A stretch of DNA of 64,000 nucleotides from Dudresnaya verticillata (taxonomy: Eukaryota): NCBI GenBank assembly GCA_977862235.1, contig OZ374562.1:310001-374000 (forward strand), in the 5' to 3' direction. Below the pieces are notes generated by a model, which made no database searches, was not told the DNA's origin, and worked only from the letters and a program-made list of their open reading frames with translations. Positions 30,574 to 42,704 of this stretch are shown piece after piece. The stretch's first letter is position 1. Every line of letters begins with the position of its first letter. Made by a program: the position numbers and the translations under genes.

Positions 30574-32601
30574 TCAAGCTTCACTACCCCGTCCGTTTGC
30601 GCCTCCCATATTCATGTCACCAGCAGGAACCCCAGCCGCCCCACCATACACCTGCCCTGGAACACCAGCATGCCCACCAGCGCTTCCGTTCGCGCCCCCC
30701 ACACCCTGGTCACCAGCAACACTCCCAACCTCGCCACCGTACATCTGCCCAGGAGCGCCACTGTACATCTGCCCAGGAGCGCCACCGTACATCTGCCCAG
30801 GGGCGCCACCGTAATCACCACCCGCATAGTTCCCGCCAGCCACCCCGTCATCCAGATACTCGCCATCTGGCCCCATCATCATGCCCTCGTCCTCGTCGTC
30901 ACTCTCCTCGCCAGGACGCACCACGCAACCCTCCAGCATCGCCGTGATCTTCTCCTTGTCGAGCTCCCGCCCGATCAGTACCAGCTGGTTCTTGCGCTTC
31001 ACGCCCTCGGGCCACGCATCCTCTTCCACATTGTACCGCCCTCCACTCCAATGGAACACAAATCTCGTTGGGTAGTTGGAAAACAGCAGCAGCCCCTTGG
31101 AACGGAACACCCCGCGCGGCAGGCAGTCCATAAACTCATCCTTGAAACGCCGCAGCGAGAACGGCAGTTCCGACACAAACGAGATGCTCGTAAACCCCTC
31201 CTGCTCCAAATGGTTTTTGGCCTGTCCACACTCTTCACCAGGCGCATGGTTGTGACCCTCGTGACCGTGGCTGTGGCCGTCATGCTTGTGGTCATGACCA
31301 TCCTTGCCGTGCTTGTGGTCATGACCATCCCTGCCGTGCTTGTCGTCGTGGTCATCCTTGCCGTGGTCGTGACCCTCCTTATGGTCGTGGCCATCCTTGC
31401 CGTGGTCGTGGCCATCCTTGCCGTGGTCGTGGCCATCCTTGCCGTGGTCGTGGCCATCTTTGCCGTGGTCGTGGCCTTCCTTGCCGTGGCCGTGGCCTTC
31501 CTTGCCGTGGCCGTGGCCTTCCTTGCCGTGGTTGTGACCCTCCTTCTTGTGGTCGTGGTCATCCTTGCCGGCGTTCGTCGTCTTGCTCTTCCTCTTCGGC
31601 TTGTCTACCATCGACAAGCCCATATCGAACAGCGCAGCGATCGGCACATGGCCCTTCTGGCTCCTCAGGATGCGCGCGTTAGGACGAATATCAAGTACAG
31701 ACTTTACAACAGTCTTCACTCGTTCCTCTTCTGTCAAATCCGTCTTGGACAGCAGGACAGTGTCCGCTACTTCGATCTGCTTCCAGGCCGTCTCAGAGTC
31801 ATAATGGTCGTCCGACCAAGCGCTCGAGTCGACAACCGTTAGGACCTGATCCACGTACAGCTCCTCGCGGAGCTCAGTGACAGAGACGGAATCCACAATA
31901 GGCTTGGGGTCGGCCAATCCCGTGGTCTCCACAATGAAGTAATCAGGGATGGAGTCATTCTTCTCGGACTGGGCGAGGACCTTCTGCACGGCTTCGATGA
32001 AGCCATTGGACACGGTGCAGCAAATGCAGCCGTTGTTCAACATGATGGGCTCACCTTCCTCACCCTCGGTGACGGTGTCCACGAGCTGATTGTCGATATC
32101 GACCTCGCCAAACTCGTTGATGAGGACGGCAATCTTCAAGCCATGGTCGGCTTTGACGATGTAGTTGAGAATGGTCGACTTTCCCGCACCGAGAAAGCCG
32201 GTGAGAATGGTGAGTGGGATGCCTTGGTCGCGCGGGATGGACTTTGTAATAGCCTCGGCGGCAGCCCAGGAACCGGACACGGTGAGGGCGGTCTTAGACT
32301 CATCCGGGATGAAGGCAACGTGCGAGTCGGACGGGATGCCAAGGAGCTCGGAGACACGCATTTTCTTGTTGGACGGGACGGAGCGCCTGTCGGACGGAGC
32401 GGAGCGCTTGAGACCTTGGGCGGCTTGGGCGGCTTGGGCGGCTTGGGCGGCTTGGGCGGCGTTGGCGGCGTGGATGGCGTTGGCGGCGTTGGCGGCGTGG
32501 ATGGCGTTGGCGGCGTTGGCGGCGTGGACGGCGGAGGGGGCGGCGGTGGGGGCGACGGAGGGGGCGACGGAGGAGATGGCGGAGGGGACGGTGACAGTCA
32601 T
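30574..32601 (-). CDS. COG0523/CobW-family (G3E) zinc-metallochaperone GTPase with His-rich insert
   Basis: LTGFLGAGKST, INEFGEVDID, NGCICC, VETTGLADP, SKTD; CobW_C (VFRSKG..NQLVLIGREL); about 14 GHDHGKD-like repeats. Confidence 0.95.
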   Translation of the reverse strand: MTVTVPSAISSVAPSVAPTAAPSAVHAANAANAIHAANAANAIHAANAAQAAQAAQAAQAAQGLKRSAPSDRRSVPSNKKMRVSELLGIPSDSHVAFIPDESKTALTVSGSWAAAEAITKSIPRDQGIPLTILTGFLGAGKSTILNYIVKADHGLKIAVLINEFGEVDIDNQLVDTVTEGEEGEPIMLNNGCICCTVSNGFIEAVQKVLAQSEKNDSIPDYFIVETTGLADPKPIVDSVSVTELREELYVDQVLTVVDSSAWSDDHYDSETAWKQIEVADTVLLSKTDLTEEERVKTVVKSVLDIRPNARILRSQKGHVPIAALFDMGLSMVDKPKRKSKTTNAGKDDHDHKKEGHNHGKEGHGHGKEGHGHGKEGHDHGKDGHDHGKDGHDHGKDGHDHGKDGHDHKEGHDHGKDDHDDKHGRDGHDHKHGKDGHDHKHDGHSHGHEGHNHAPGEECGQAKNHLEQEGFTSISFVSELPFSLRRFKDEFMDCLPRGVFRSKGLLLFSNYPTRFVFHWSGGRYNVEEDAWPEGVKRKNQLVLIGRELDKEKITAMLEGCVVRPGEESDDEDEGMMMGPDGEYLDDGVAGGNYAGGDYGGAPGQMYGGAPGQMYSGAPGQMYGGEVGSVAGDQGVGGANGSAGGHAGVPGQVYGGAAGVPAGDMNMGGANGRGSEA
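31258..31570 (-). repeat. 21-bp coding tandem array (GHDHGKD/E)
   Basis: gccgtggtcgtggccatcctt units on the + strand. Confidence 0.9.
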
Positions 32602-34546
32602 GGCGGACGCGTCCGACTCGGGGAAAAGGAGCGAAATAGTGGTAGCTATGTACGCGCGGACAGGCGGGGGGGCACGGTGAGCGCTCTACTCTCGGTGCAG
32701 GGGAAGCGCGGATACGGCGCGCTGGGCAGCGGTGAAAAAAAGGTGGAGCGGCGAGCGTGTGGGGGCGTCGGCGGTGTCGGCACAGCGCGTCGCGCGGCAG
32801 AGTGGGTGGAAAGGCGTGAAATACTGTTGGGGCGGCGCGGTGGACGGGGCGCTGCGTCGTGTGCTACGGAGCGGGGGGGCGTCCGTGGGGCGCTGCGGAT
32901 GGGGCCGTGCGGAGTGTAATATGTGATGCGCGCCGGGCGGCGACGGGCGACGCAGCAGGTGGCCGTTTGGGCGGAACGTTCTGCGTGAGCGTGTGAGAGT
33001 GATTTGACAGATTGTGCGCGAAAACGAGGGCTGCGACGCACCGCGCCAGGCGGGCACTGGTGCACGAAAGCCGCACGCCGTGGCTCCGGCACGGCGGCCA
33101 GCCGTGGCCGGCGACACGCGTGCTCCCGCGGGCCAATGGAACGGTTCCAACTGGCGCCTGCACGCACCGGTGCGGCGTGCGGTGGCAGCCGTGCCCGCGT
33201 GGCCGCGCGGCAGCGGCGGCTCTGCGAGTTGCCGATTTCTGGCGCTCGGCGGGGCCAAACGCGAGAGCCGATGCCGGTGACACGACTTGCGCCGCGGTTG
33301 GCTCCCGTTTTCGCGGGAGATGCGCGCTTCCACGAAGGGGAACGCAGGGAGTAAAGGTATCTTATCGGTTGGCGAATGCGTGTACGGTTTGGCACGTTCC
33401 GCAGCGCAATCGGCATGTTTGAGAAAAGTGAAGCAATGTTGGACTTTTTTTGCCCTTTTTTGCTGACTGCTGCTTTCGTGTCTGCATGCGGCGCATCACC
33501 GAGGTTTTTCCAGATCCTTCCGATGTTCATCATGGCAAGCCCCCTGCATCATCTTTCTGTTTTCTTTCTTGCTGACAGTGTTTCAATCGTTCCGGCGGAT
33601 ACTGCTGTAAGGTTTCCCCCAGCAACGCACTACAATGTTCGCCGTGTGCTTGATGCGCTGGAGTCACCTTTCACTGCTGCTCAGCCAATGACAATGTAGA
33701 AATTCTCTTTTTTTCTGTTGTCGACAGTATTATACCTGCCGTGTTTGTGCTACTGTACGCCTTACTGTTTGTGGCAAATAACCCTTGTCAATAAACATTT
33801 CACGCGCTTGAATCCCAACAACCACCAACCTCAAAAGTGTTTATAGCGCTTGGATTAGATTTATCCAAGATGTATCCGCTTTCTGCGTAGTCCTGTCTAG
33901 CAATCGGGGCAATCTACCGTTACGACTGTGAGTCTCAAAAGCAAATCTTTCCCCAAGGCGCGAACAGCGCGCACACCGCGCCGGTCTTCGCGGATCTACC
34001 GGCAGACCTGCGCCGGGACCGACCGAAAGGGAGAGACAAAGCTTTCAAAATAACAGAAAGCAGCGCAACAGCGCAGGCCTGGCACATCCCGTTGTGCCAT
34101 TACAGAAGCCTTGCTGGCTGAGCCGCCCCATGAACAGATGGAGGCGGAACGTCGCGCTGCGCCCACCGGTCACAGTCCGACAGGTGTCGCACAAAGATAT
34201 ACCCGCACAGATCGCATGGCTGCGGGGCCGACACCATGCGCCAAGTATTATTTTACGTATTTTTGGACCTGCTCACTTGCCCCAGCCCGCCACCCTGATC
34301 CGCGCCCGCGCTCCTTGCTTTCGAGCCTGGGGCTCTCCCTCCCGCCGACCTTGATCACACCCTTCCTCCCCCGCTGCCCACCACCACAACCGTCCCGTGC
34401 CGATTTTTTCTCGCAACACTCGGCCCTCTAACTGTGTCCGTCCTCACACCGGTCCCATTACGCCCCTAATCCATCGCACTCGCCCACTGTCATTTCGGCT
34501 TTTCAACCCGCTCACTTATCCCTCCGCTTCTCCCGGCGTCTCACTT

Positions 34547-34617
34547 CACACACAAAAACACACACACACACACTCACTCACACACGCTCACTTGCCTACG
34601 TTCTCGCATTCACACAC

Positions 34618-34651
<34 letters not shown>

Positions 34652-34676
34652 CACCACCACCACCACCACCACCACC
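34547..34676 (+). repeat. (CA)n and (CAC)n microsatellites immediately upstream of the MIPS start codon
   Basis: Read directly from the sequence; ends 10 nt before the ATG at 34686. Confidence 0.95.
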
Positions 34677-34685
34677 CTAAGCAAC

Positions 34686-36314
34686 ATGGTCTTCGTCAAC
34701 AGCTTCAGTGTCAACGGCGACCACATTCGCCGAACGGACGATGCAATCGAGGCAGACTTTGAGTATGCTTCCACCACCGTCGCCACCAACCCGGACACGG
34801 GCGCCGCCACCGTCACCCCGACCTGCTCTTCCTACACCTTCCGCACCCTCACCAGAGTTCCGCGCGTGGGAGCTATGTTCGTGGGCTGGGGAGGCAACAA
34901 CGGCTCCACCGTCACGGCCGCCACAATTGCCAATCGCGAGAGCATCTCGTGGCAAACAACCGCCGGCCTGCGCAATCCCAACTACTTTGGCTCCATCACC
35001 ATGGCTTCCACCGTGCGTGTTGGCGCCGACCCTGCTGGCAATGACGTCTTCACCCCGATGCGCTCACTCCTCCCCATGGTCCACCCCGATGACCTGGTCA
35101 TTGGCGGTTGGGACATCAATGGCGCTAATCTGGCAGACGCCATGAAGCGCTCTAAGGTCCTCGACTACGATTTGCAGCGCCAGCTTGTCCCTCACATGGA
35201 CGACCTTGTGCCACTGCCGTCCGTTTACTATTCGGACTTCATCGCAGCCAACCAGGAGGCTCGCGCTGACAATGTCCTTCCGGGCACTGACAAGCGCAAG
35301 CACCTGGAGACCATTCGAGAGGACATCCGTAAATTCAAGCAGTCCAGTGATCTGGACCGCGTTATTGTTCTATGGACCGCCACCACGGAGCGTTTCGCCG
35401 AGCTCATTCCAGGCGTCAATGATACAGCAGAGAATCTGTTGGCGGCTATCGACAACTCTCACCCTGAGGTTTCCCCTTCTACGCTGTTCGCCGTCGCGTC
35501 AATTTTGGAAGGAGCCCCGTACATCAACGGCTCCCCGCAGAACACCTTTGTTCCAGGCTGCGTCCAACTTGCCGAGCAGCGCCGCGTGTTTATTGCGGGC
35601 GATGACTTCAAGTCGGGCCAAACCAAGTTCAAGTCCGTCATGGTCGACTTCCTGGTCAACGCAGGAATGAAGCCAACTTCAATCGTATCGTACAACCACC
35701 TTGGCAACAATGACGGCGAGAATTTGTCAGCCCCGTCGCAGTTCAGGTCCAAGGAGATCTCCAAGTCGAATGTTGTCGATGACATGGTCGCTTCTAACCA
35801 AATTTTGTACAACGAAGGCGAGCACCCGGATCATGTTGTCGTCATTAAGTATGTCCCAGCGGTCGGCGATTCCAAAAGGGCTATGGATGAATACATTTCC
35901 GAGATATTCATGGGTGGAGCCAGCACCGTCATAACCCACAACACCTGCGAGGATTCTCTTCTCGCTGCCCCACTGATGCTTGACCTAGTTCTGTTATGCG
36001 AGTTGTCATGTCGCATAACCTACAAAACATCGGAGATGGAGGAGTTTGATCATTTTCACCCGATCCTATCCCTTCTCTCATACTTATTGAAGGCACCGAT
36101 GGTTCCTAAAGGAACCCCCGTCGTGAATGCCCTTTTCAAACAGCGTGCTTGTATCGAGAATCTGCTTCGCGTCTGCTGTGGTCTACCAGTCGAGAATGAC
36201 ATGCGACTTGAGTATCGCACCATGCCCAAGACTCTGACAAACGGCCGTCAGAATGGTTACACGCACCCGAAAAACATAACCCGTGTGAATGGGCACGGAA
36301 AAGATGATGTCTAA
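34686..36314 (+). CDS. INO1: myo-inositol-1-phosphate synthase
   Basis: [37 protein letters not shown] and [10 protein letters not shown] motifs. Confidence 0.98.
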   Translation: MVFVNSFSVNGDHIRRTDDAIEADFEYASTTVATNPDTGAATVTPTCSSYTFRTLTRVPRVGAMFVGWGGNNGSTVTAATIANRESISWQTTAGLRNPNYFGSITMASTVRVGADPAGNDVFTPMRSLLPMVHPDDLVIGGWDINGANLADAMKRSKVLDYDLQRQLVPHMDDLVPLPSVYYSDFIAANQEARADNVLPGTDKRKHLETIREDIRKFKQSSDLDRVIVLWTATTERFAELIPGVNDTAENLLAAIDNSHPEVSPSTLFAVASILEGAPYINGSPQNTFVPGCVQLAEQRRVFIAGDDFKSGQTKFKSVMVDFLVNAGMKPTSIVSYNHLGNNDGENLSAPSQFRSKEISKSNVVDDMVASNQILYNEGEHPDHVVVIKYVPAVGDSKRAMDEYISEIFMGGASTVITHNTCEDSLLAAPLMLDLVLLCELSCRITYKTSEMEEFDHFHPILSLLSYLLKAPMVPKGTPVVNALFKQRACIENLLRVCCGLPVENDMRLEYRTMPKTLTNGRQNGYTHPKNITRVNGHGKDDV

Positions 36315-36486
36315 GCCTTTTCAAGGACACGGCGCGCCTACACGAAGAATTCGCAATCGTCTGTTCTGCATCCGGATGTGGTCAGTCGTGAAGAAGCACT
36401 TGTACTACCAAACAATACTTATTTTTATCCCTAGGGCAAGCTATTTACTTGCCGTTTTTCCCCTGCGCCGGGAACTTGTCGGGCCT

Positions 36487-37683
36487 CTAGTCTTCATCAA
36501 GGCAAGAGCGGGGTCGCAATTGAGAACGTCGCGGTTCGCTGATTTCCAGACGCAAGTTTTCGATCTCTCTTTCCAATAGACCCCAGGCAGTCTGCATCGC
36601 TTGAACTTCTTTTCGCATGACTGTCCTTTCATCGGTTAGAGTTCTGCACAGACATTCAAGGGTTTCACGTTTTTCGAGTTCGCCCTTGGATTTTGCCCTC
36701 CAGAATTCAACTTCTTCTTCCTCAGTTTTCACCCTCAGCATTGCTTTCCGGGCTTGTTCTCTTAGATCGTCAGTTTCGCTACTGAGCTTTGCTGTTACTT
36801 TTCCTAAGTCAATTTTAGACTGCTGTATACGTTTGATATCTTCTCGCTGTCTTTCCAGAGCTGCCTTCCGTTCCTCAGCCCTCTCTTCCGTATCCCCCCT
36901 CTTGTCTGCTACAAGGTCAATGTCCCTAGTCAACATTCGCGATTGCTTTCGCATATCCATTAACGCGCGCCTTTCTGTGACGAGGGACAACTCGTCCTTC
37001 TGAAATGCTTCTTGCGCTTCGTTCAGAGCCTCTGACTCTTGCCGTTCCAGGGCCGTAGCCTCGTTCAGTCCCTTCTCAAAACTGCTCTCTCGCTCGTCAT
37101 ACTCCTTCTGAAGGCGGTCAAGATCGGCTTCCAACCTTGTCACGCCCTCATCCTTTTCCTCAATCACAGAATCATCTGTGCTAAGACGAACGTTTATGTC
37201 TCTCATCGCTTCATCAAACTTCGCCACTATCTGCTCTCTTTTACCGCGTTCCTCAGCAGTCCTTTTCTCCGAATCTTCCATCATGACTTTGTTCTGCCTC
37301 GAAAGCTCCCTCGAAACAGCTTTGAGCTTCTCCGTTAGCGCCTCAATCTTTTTGAGGTCTTCCCCAAGCTCGCTGTAGTCAAGCTCGGCGACACTGAGCC
37401 TCTTCTCCTCGAGCCCGAGGTCATACTCCAGCGTTCTTACGTTCGTTATGCAATCCGTGAACATCGATTGAAGAACTCTCAGCTTCTCTTCCGGCGCTAT
37501 TTCCGCGTCCGCGACCAACGCGCGCGCCGCCGTAGAAGCTACCTGAAATGCATCTTCCGCGGCTTGCTCATCCGGAGATATCGGTGGGTCCTCCTCCCTG
37601 CTTTCAAGTTCCTGGATGCGGTCCCGCAGGAGTGCCTTCAAGCTTTCCTCATTCTTCACGTCATGCGACTGCGTGGATGTCAT
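36487..37683 (-). CDS. Taxilin-family coiled-coil protein
   Basis: KLKAVSRELSRQNK..EERGKREQIVAKF..I and LECLCRTLTDER resemble the taxilin LCRELQ/LCRALQ motifs. Confidence 0.7.
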   Translation of the reverse strand: MTSTQSHDVKNEESLKALLRDRIQELESREEDPPISPDEQAAEDAFQVASTAARALVADAEIAPEEKLRVLQSMFTDCITNVRTLEYDLGLEEKRLSVAELDYSELGEDLKKIEALTEKLKAVSRELSRQNKVMMEDSEKRTAEERGKREQIVAKFDEAMRDINVRLSTDDSVIEEKDEGVTRLEADLDRLQKEYDERESSFEKGLNEATALERQESEALNEAQEAFQKDELSLVTERRALMDMRKQSRMLTRDIDLVADKRGDTEERAEERKAALERQREDIKRIQQSKIDLGKVTAKLSSETDDLREQARKAMLRVKTEEEEVEFWRAKSKGELEKRETLECLCRTLTDERTVMRKEVQAMQTAWGLLEREIENLRLEISEPRRSQLRPRSCLDED

Positions 37684-39356
37684 CCCTCCGACCAATCGCT
37701 CTGTGCCTCCGAAAACAAGCGCGAATCCACGTGAAGCTCGTAGCCCTTAAAAGAGAAAGAAGCTGCAGCAATAATTAGAGACCGTCAAGAAGAGCACTTC
37801 TCTCCAATCAAGCACTTGTCGTTCGAGCCTTGTCAAAAGTATGGGGAGATCAAAAGGCGGGATCGAGAAGCCCGGCAAGCCTTGCAAACACGAATCCAGG
37901 GATGAACCGGACGGATTGGACACGTGCCTGAGAGACTTTGCTTGCGTTTGCAGATGCGTATGCGGTACGTCCTAGGGGGGTGGGGCGATATGGGGGATGA
38001 ACGCTGGCCTCCGAGGCAGGGTATGGCATGTCCACTCTGTCCACTGTCGATATCGCTGCACTTGCACCGTGCTTGGTGGGTCGACACGAGTAGAGAAAGT
38101 GACTAAAGAATGCCAACCGAAAAAGATCGAATTCTGAGTCAGTCTGCGCGGACCATCGGAGAGCTGTCAAAATTGGCCAACCACATGAGTTGCATTGCTG
38201 GTTTCGGCCTGCACCGGAGCTGGGACCTCGCGCTCGCACCGCGGTGAAACAAGAGGAGCAACATGATGTCAACTTGTGCCGTCTCTGGTATTGAAAGCAA
38301 CAGGATTGGATGCAAGAAAGTCGTATCAGGAAAGAATCCTAAGTCTGTGAGAAGTGTCGAGCTGCAGATGCCATATGAATCCTCTTCAACAGTAATGCCA
38401 CGGTCTTTTTTCCACAGGATCTTTTTGAAAGACTAAAAACACTTGCTAAAGTATCAAATGGTTGCAGTCAGTGATCGCAGCGACCAGTCCCCATTCGAGT
38501 TCGCTATACTGTATACCAGAGTCTAAACTGCACGGTTTGAAGGCCATTTTACGTTTGTCCAGGCGAGAATTGATTTCAAAGGATACCGATAAAGCTCTAT
38601 CCTCTCCACATGAGGAAGATCCTTGTTCTTGGGCATGGTACTCTACACAGTGCATGGCTAGTAAGTACTAAATGTCTCCTTTCCCGTCTTGAGCACTCAA
38701 GATCTAACGTAACAGAAGAGTTCGATACCCACATCTCGTTTCGGTTATCTCGGCCGAAATTTTTGTCCCAGTAGGAAGCCGTTGGAGACCCGGCGAACAT
38801 GTTTTATCGGCTTCGCTTTTGAAGTAACGCAGAGAAGGTCTCTAATTCTTCCTCATATTCTATCCGCTCTCGAAAGAGTGCGCAGACACTCTCGCACCTT
38901 GTTTGGCATAAATCTCGAGGGGTTTCTCAGAGTTTTGAGAGTATTTTTGCATATGCTGGCCCAGGGTCATTTAGGGTGGTATTCCTTTTTTGGTTGCGGT
39001 ATGCACAATCGTAGCACGCCTCACACAGCGAGACCTTGATCGCTGTAAATAAGAAAAGGGACTCTCAGTCAGATGCATTGTTTGAATGTTCAAAACAGCT
39101 GGCGAGGAACTCAATCCGATCCGCCACCGAGCAGGTGCAAACCGAAGAGTTCAGATTCCCTACTATTCACCTAGCTGTGTTGAGTAAGCAGTTGTCTGTT
39201 TCTTTTGACTTGTTCAATCTCCGATAACATGGACCTACAGAAGGAATTAGTTAATACTACCTTGTAAGTGCTAGTTTGTGCTTCTGGTACAAATGGTGAT
39301 CTATGCTTGCCGTGCGGGAAAGCCTCCACACTCTGTGGAACGATTTATGAAATACA

Positions 39357-39436
39357 AATGGAACAAACGTGCTCCTATTGCCCGTGTTTTCAATGGAACA
39401 AACGTGCTCCTATTGTCCGTGTTTTCAATGGAACAA
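39357..39436. repeat. 35-bp tandem duplication (about 2.3 copies)
   Basis: aatggaacaaacgtgctcctattg(c/t)ccgtgttttc at 39357 and 39392, partial copy at 39427. Confidence 0.9.
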
Positions 39437-39767
39437 CATGGATACATGGTTGCATGGTAGCCCATACCGCATACTGCGTAGTCGTTTGTCCGCTGTACTC
39501 CTTACCATGTACCGGAGCCAGTAGAACTCCGAGCCGACAGTCCAAGTTTATCGTCTTGTAAGGGGGGCAACTATCAGCAGATCGCTTTTACTCAACGCTG
39601 CAGCATCTGACAGGACCGCGATCTGCGACGCTTGCTGGGACGAAACACTCCTGTCTAGACTACGAGAAAAAGTAGTATGTAATACATAAGGGAGGAAATG
39701 TTAGTTGTCAGGGTCATAGTAATACAGCAACTTTACAGTGACATGCGGAAGTACTTTGCGAAGACTC

Positions 39768-41057
39768 TCAAGCACCTCTTGATGCCAGAGCCTGCAAAAC
39801 CCGCATGGCCATCTCCATCTGTACACCTTCGGAGTTATTTGCCGTCTCCGCGGACGACCTGGCGAGGTAGTCAGCACTTTGGTCCTGAGTACGAGTGACC
39901 TGCCGCCGGGCTTCAAACACGTCCTCCAGCGTGAGAGGTCTCAACCGCTTGGAATCTCCAGATGGCGGTTCCATGCCCTGAGGGACGTTCAAAAGCCCTG
40001 TCGCAGAAGAAAACCGATTCTGTCGCTCCTTTGCAGCGACGCGCAATGACTGTCTAATCGGATGCATCATGGCAGCGCGACAAAGCTCCTTCAAATCCGA
40101 CCCGGAATAACCTTCAGTGGCATTCGCAACGGCTTGGTAATCAAACGCAGGCTCCAACGCGACGTCACTGAGCACCTTTTTCAATATCTCAACACGCTCT
40201 TCCGTAATAGGCAGGGCGACTTCGAACGGGCGTGGCATACGTCGCAGAATGGCAGGGTCAACGTCGTAGGGGCGGTTGGTAGCACCGAGCACGACGACCT
40301 GGTTGAAGCGGTCATCTGTTGTAAGCCCATCCCAGAGCTGCATGAATTCGGCCTTAAGGTTTTTATGTGCCTCATGCTCGGTGGACGAGCGCTCACGAAA
40401 CAGGCCATCAATCTCGTCGATAAAGATGATGGTGGGCTGAACACGCCTCGCAAGCGAGAAGACGGCACGGGCGAGCTGCTCAGTATCTCCCAGCCACTTG
40501 GATAGCAACGAGCTCGGGGACAGGGCGATGAAGTTGGCACCGGACTCCTTCGCTAGCGCCTTTGCCAGCATGGTCTTTCCCGTGCCTGGGGGACCAAAGA
40601 GCAAAATTCCCTTGGGCGGAGTGAGCAGTGAGGAGGAAGTAGAGCCGTCTGGGGCGCGATACACGTCGGGGAAGAGCAGCGGATACACGATGAGCTCCTT
40701 GAGGGTCTCCTTAGTGTTTCGCAGGCCGCCCACGGCTGCGAAGTCGGCCGAGATGTCCTCAGGGAAGACCAGGTCGTGCAGCAGCATCTCCTCGGCGGGG
40801 GCCAGGCAGCGCAGGGCGTCGTGCGGGACGCCGGTGCGGTGCAGGCGCATGACGACCTGGTCGCGGCGCTGCCGCATGCGCTCGCGCGCCTCTGCGTTGG
40901 GGTCCATGACGCGCTTGATTACTTTGGCGCTGACGTACACGCCGGCCAGCGCGATGGCGGCGGAGAGCACCTCTCGCGAGAGGAACTGCAGCAGGGACGC
41001 AACCGGTGACGCGGCGGAACCGTCGGTGCCGTCGGACGCGGGCGGGTCGGACGACAT
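39768..41057 (-). CDS. MSP1: Msp1/ATAD1-type membrane-anchored AAA+ ATPase
   Basis: N-terminal [19 protein letters not shown] pore loop, [43 protein letters not shown]. Confidence 0.9.
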   Translation of the reverse strand: MSSDPPASDGTDGSAASPVASLLQFLSREVLSAAIALAGVYVSAKVIKRVMDPNAEARERMRQRRDQVVMRLHRTGVPHDALRCLAPAEEMLLHDLVFPEDISADFAAVGGLRNTKETLKELIVYPLLFPDVYRAPDGSTSSSLLTPPKGILLFGPPGTGKTMLAKALAKESGANFIALSPSSLLSKWLGDTEQLARAVFSLARRVQPTIIFIDEIDGLFRERSSTEHEAHKNLKAEFMQLWDGLTTDDRFNQVVVLGATNRPYDVDPAILRRMPRPFEVALPITEERVEILKKVLSDVALEPAFDYQAVANATEGYSGSDLKELCRAAMMHPIRQSLRVAAKERQNRFSSATGLLNVPQGMEPPSGDSKRLRPLTLEDVFEARRQVTRTQDQSADYLARSSAETANNSEGVQMEMAMRVLQALASRGA

Positions 41058-41547
41058 TTTGCGTAGAGAGAGCGGTGGTGAGGCAGGGGGCTGATGGGGA
41101 GGGGTGGAATGCGAAGCGAGCTGAGCGATGAATTGGGACGAGGCGGACGGCGGGGGTGTGAGAGTTTGACCTGCGGTGCGCGCGCGGTCGGTGCCGCCCA
41201 GCGCCATGACGGGCCACAAATCGGTCGGCTGCTTCGGCGCAACGTGGCCACGTGTATATTTTACTTGGGGACAGCCTGTCGGAGGTAGACGGGTTGTTTT
41301 TGGGCTTGAGAGATTGGACAATTGGTTCGTTCACAGATGATGTAAGTGGCGCCCCGCGCGGCCACTGTCGTTTTGGAGCCCTGAATTATGCCTGCTCGCC
41401 ACCATCCCTTGCGCATCAGCCTTCTACCTCCACCTTCGGCCCCCGCTCTCTTGCTTAGACCCTGCTCACACCCCCTACCCGCTCGTCCCTATCCGTCCTC
41501 GCGCTCCCACCGCACCTGCACCCGACAAGAGCAACCCCAATCTCGAC

Positions 41548-42324
41548 ATGTTCTCCACCTTGTGGCAAAGCATCCTCGAATGGCTGCAAAAGTGAGTTAT
41601 CTCCTAACACTTGTTTCCAAACGCGCGCATAGCCTCGCTTGCTGGCGTACGCTCCCAGCGACTAACCCCGTTGCTCATCCCCTTCACACGCGAGAACAGT
41701 CTCTTCTTCCAGCAGGAGATGGAGCTGACCATCCTAGGTCTGCAGAATGCCGGCAAGACCACGCTAGTCAACCTAATTTCGACGGGCGACTTTACGGACG
41801 ACCGCATTCCCACCGTGGGCTTCAACATGCGCCGCGTGCAAAAGGGTGGCGTTACGCTCAAAATATGGGACCTGGGCGGCCAGGCCCGCTTCCGCACTAT
41901 GTGGGAGCGCTACTGCCGTGGCATGTCGGCCGTTGTCTTCGTCATCGACGCTGCAGATGAGGATCGCTTTGAGACCGCTCGTGTCGAGCTGCAGGACATC
42001 CTCTCGCGTCAGGCCCTCGATGGCATCCCTGTCCTCGTACTGGCGAACAAGAGCGATCTTCCAGGAGCCGTCAAGAATATCCCGGAGCTTATTGATATTT
42101 TCGGGCTTGGCAACATTAAGAACCATGAGGTCTCTGTCTACTCCATTTCCGCGAAGAATAGCGTCAACATTGATGTCACCCTGCAGTGGCTCATTGATCA
42201 TGGAACGAAGAAGTCATCCGCGTCGACTGCCGCTGCTGTCGTTAACCCCGGCGATGCTCCGGCCATGAAGCCCGCTGCACAAGAGCAGTCGACCGCTGCT
42301 GCACCGCCTGCGAATACATCGTAA
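41548..42324 (+). CDS. ARL8: ADP-ribosylation factor-like GTPase Arl8 (exons 41548-41591 and 41700-42324)
   Basis: Intron 41592-41699 (GTGAGT, ACTAAC at 41661, CAG) gives [55 protein letters not shown]; NKSD. Confidence 0.95.
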
Positions 42325-42704
42325 TTTTCTTGAACTTGTCGTGGCAACTGCCACCACAATCATCTAACTGTTTCGTCCGCCAAGCCTGTGCCTCTAGTCT
42401 TCGTTGCTCTGCTTCGCGGACGCCCCGCTTTCCAACCCGCCGCCAATATGTAAACGAGATCCAGCCCAGCTTTTCGAGCACAGCGTCTGCCTCTGGTCGA
42501 AGGCTTTATGGCGAGCGCAAGGCAAAAAAAAAAAAAAAACATTCCAGCAGTCCGTGGTTCTTCTGTGCAAGATAGATGCTATATTTACAAGTCAGTTTAA
42601 CGCTGTTTTGAAGCCTTCACCCATAACAAGGCACGAGAGACACAACAACTTTCAACTCGGCTCTGTACTTGTACGAACAGACGCTCACTCCCAAAAACCG
42701 CGTC

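Noticed and set aside
30451..31842. 463-aa plus-strand ORF with hydrophobic VVAILA repeats
   Set aside because: It is the antisense reading of the His-rich repeat of the COG0523 gene.
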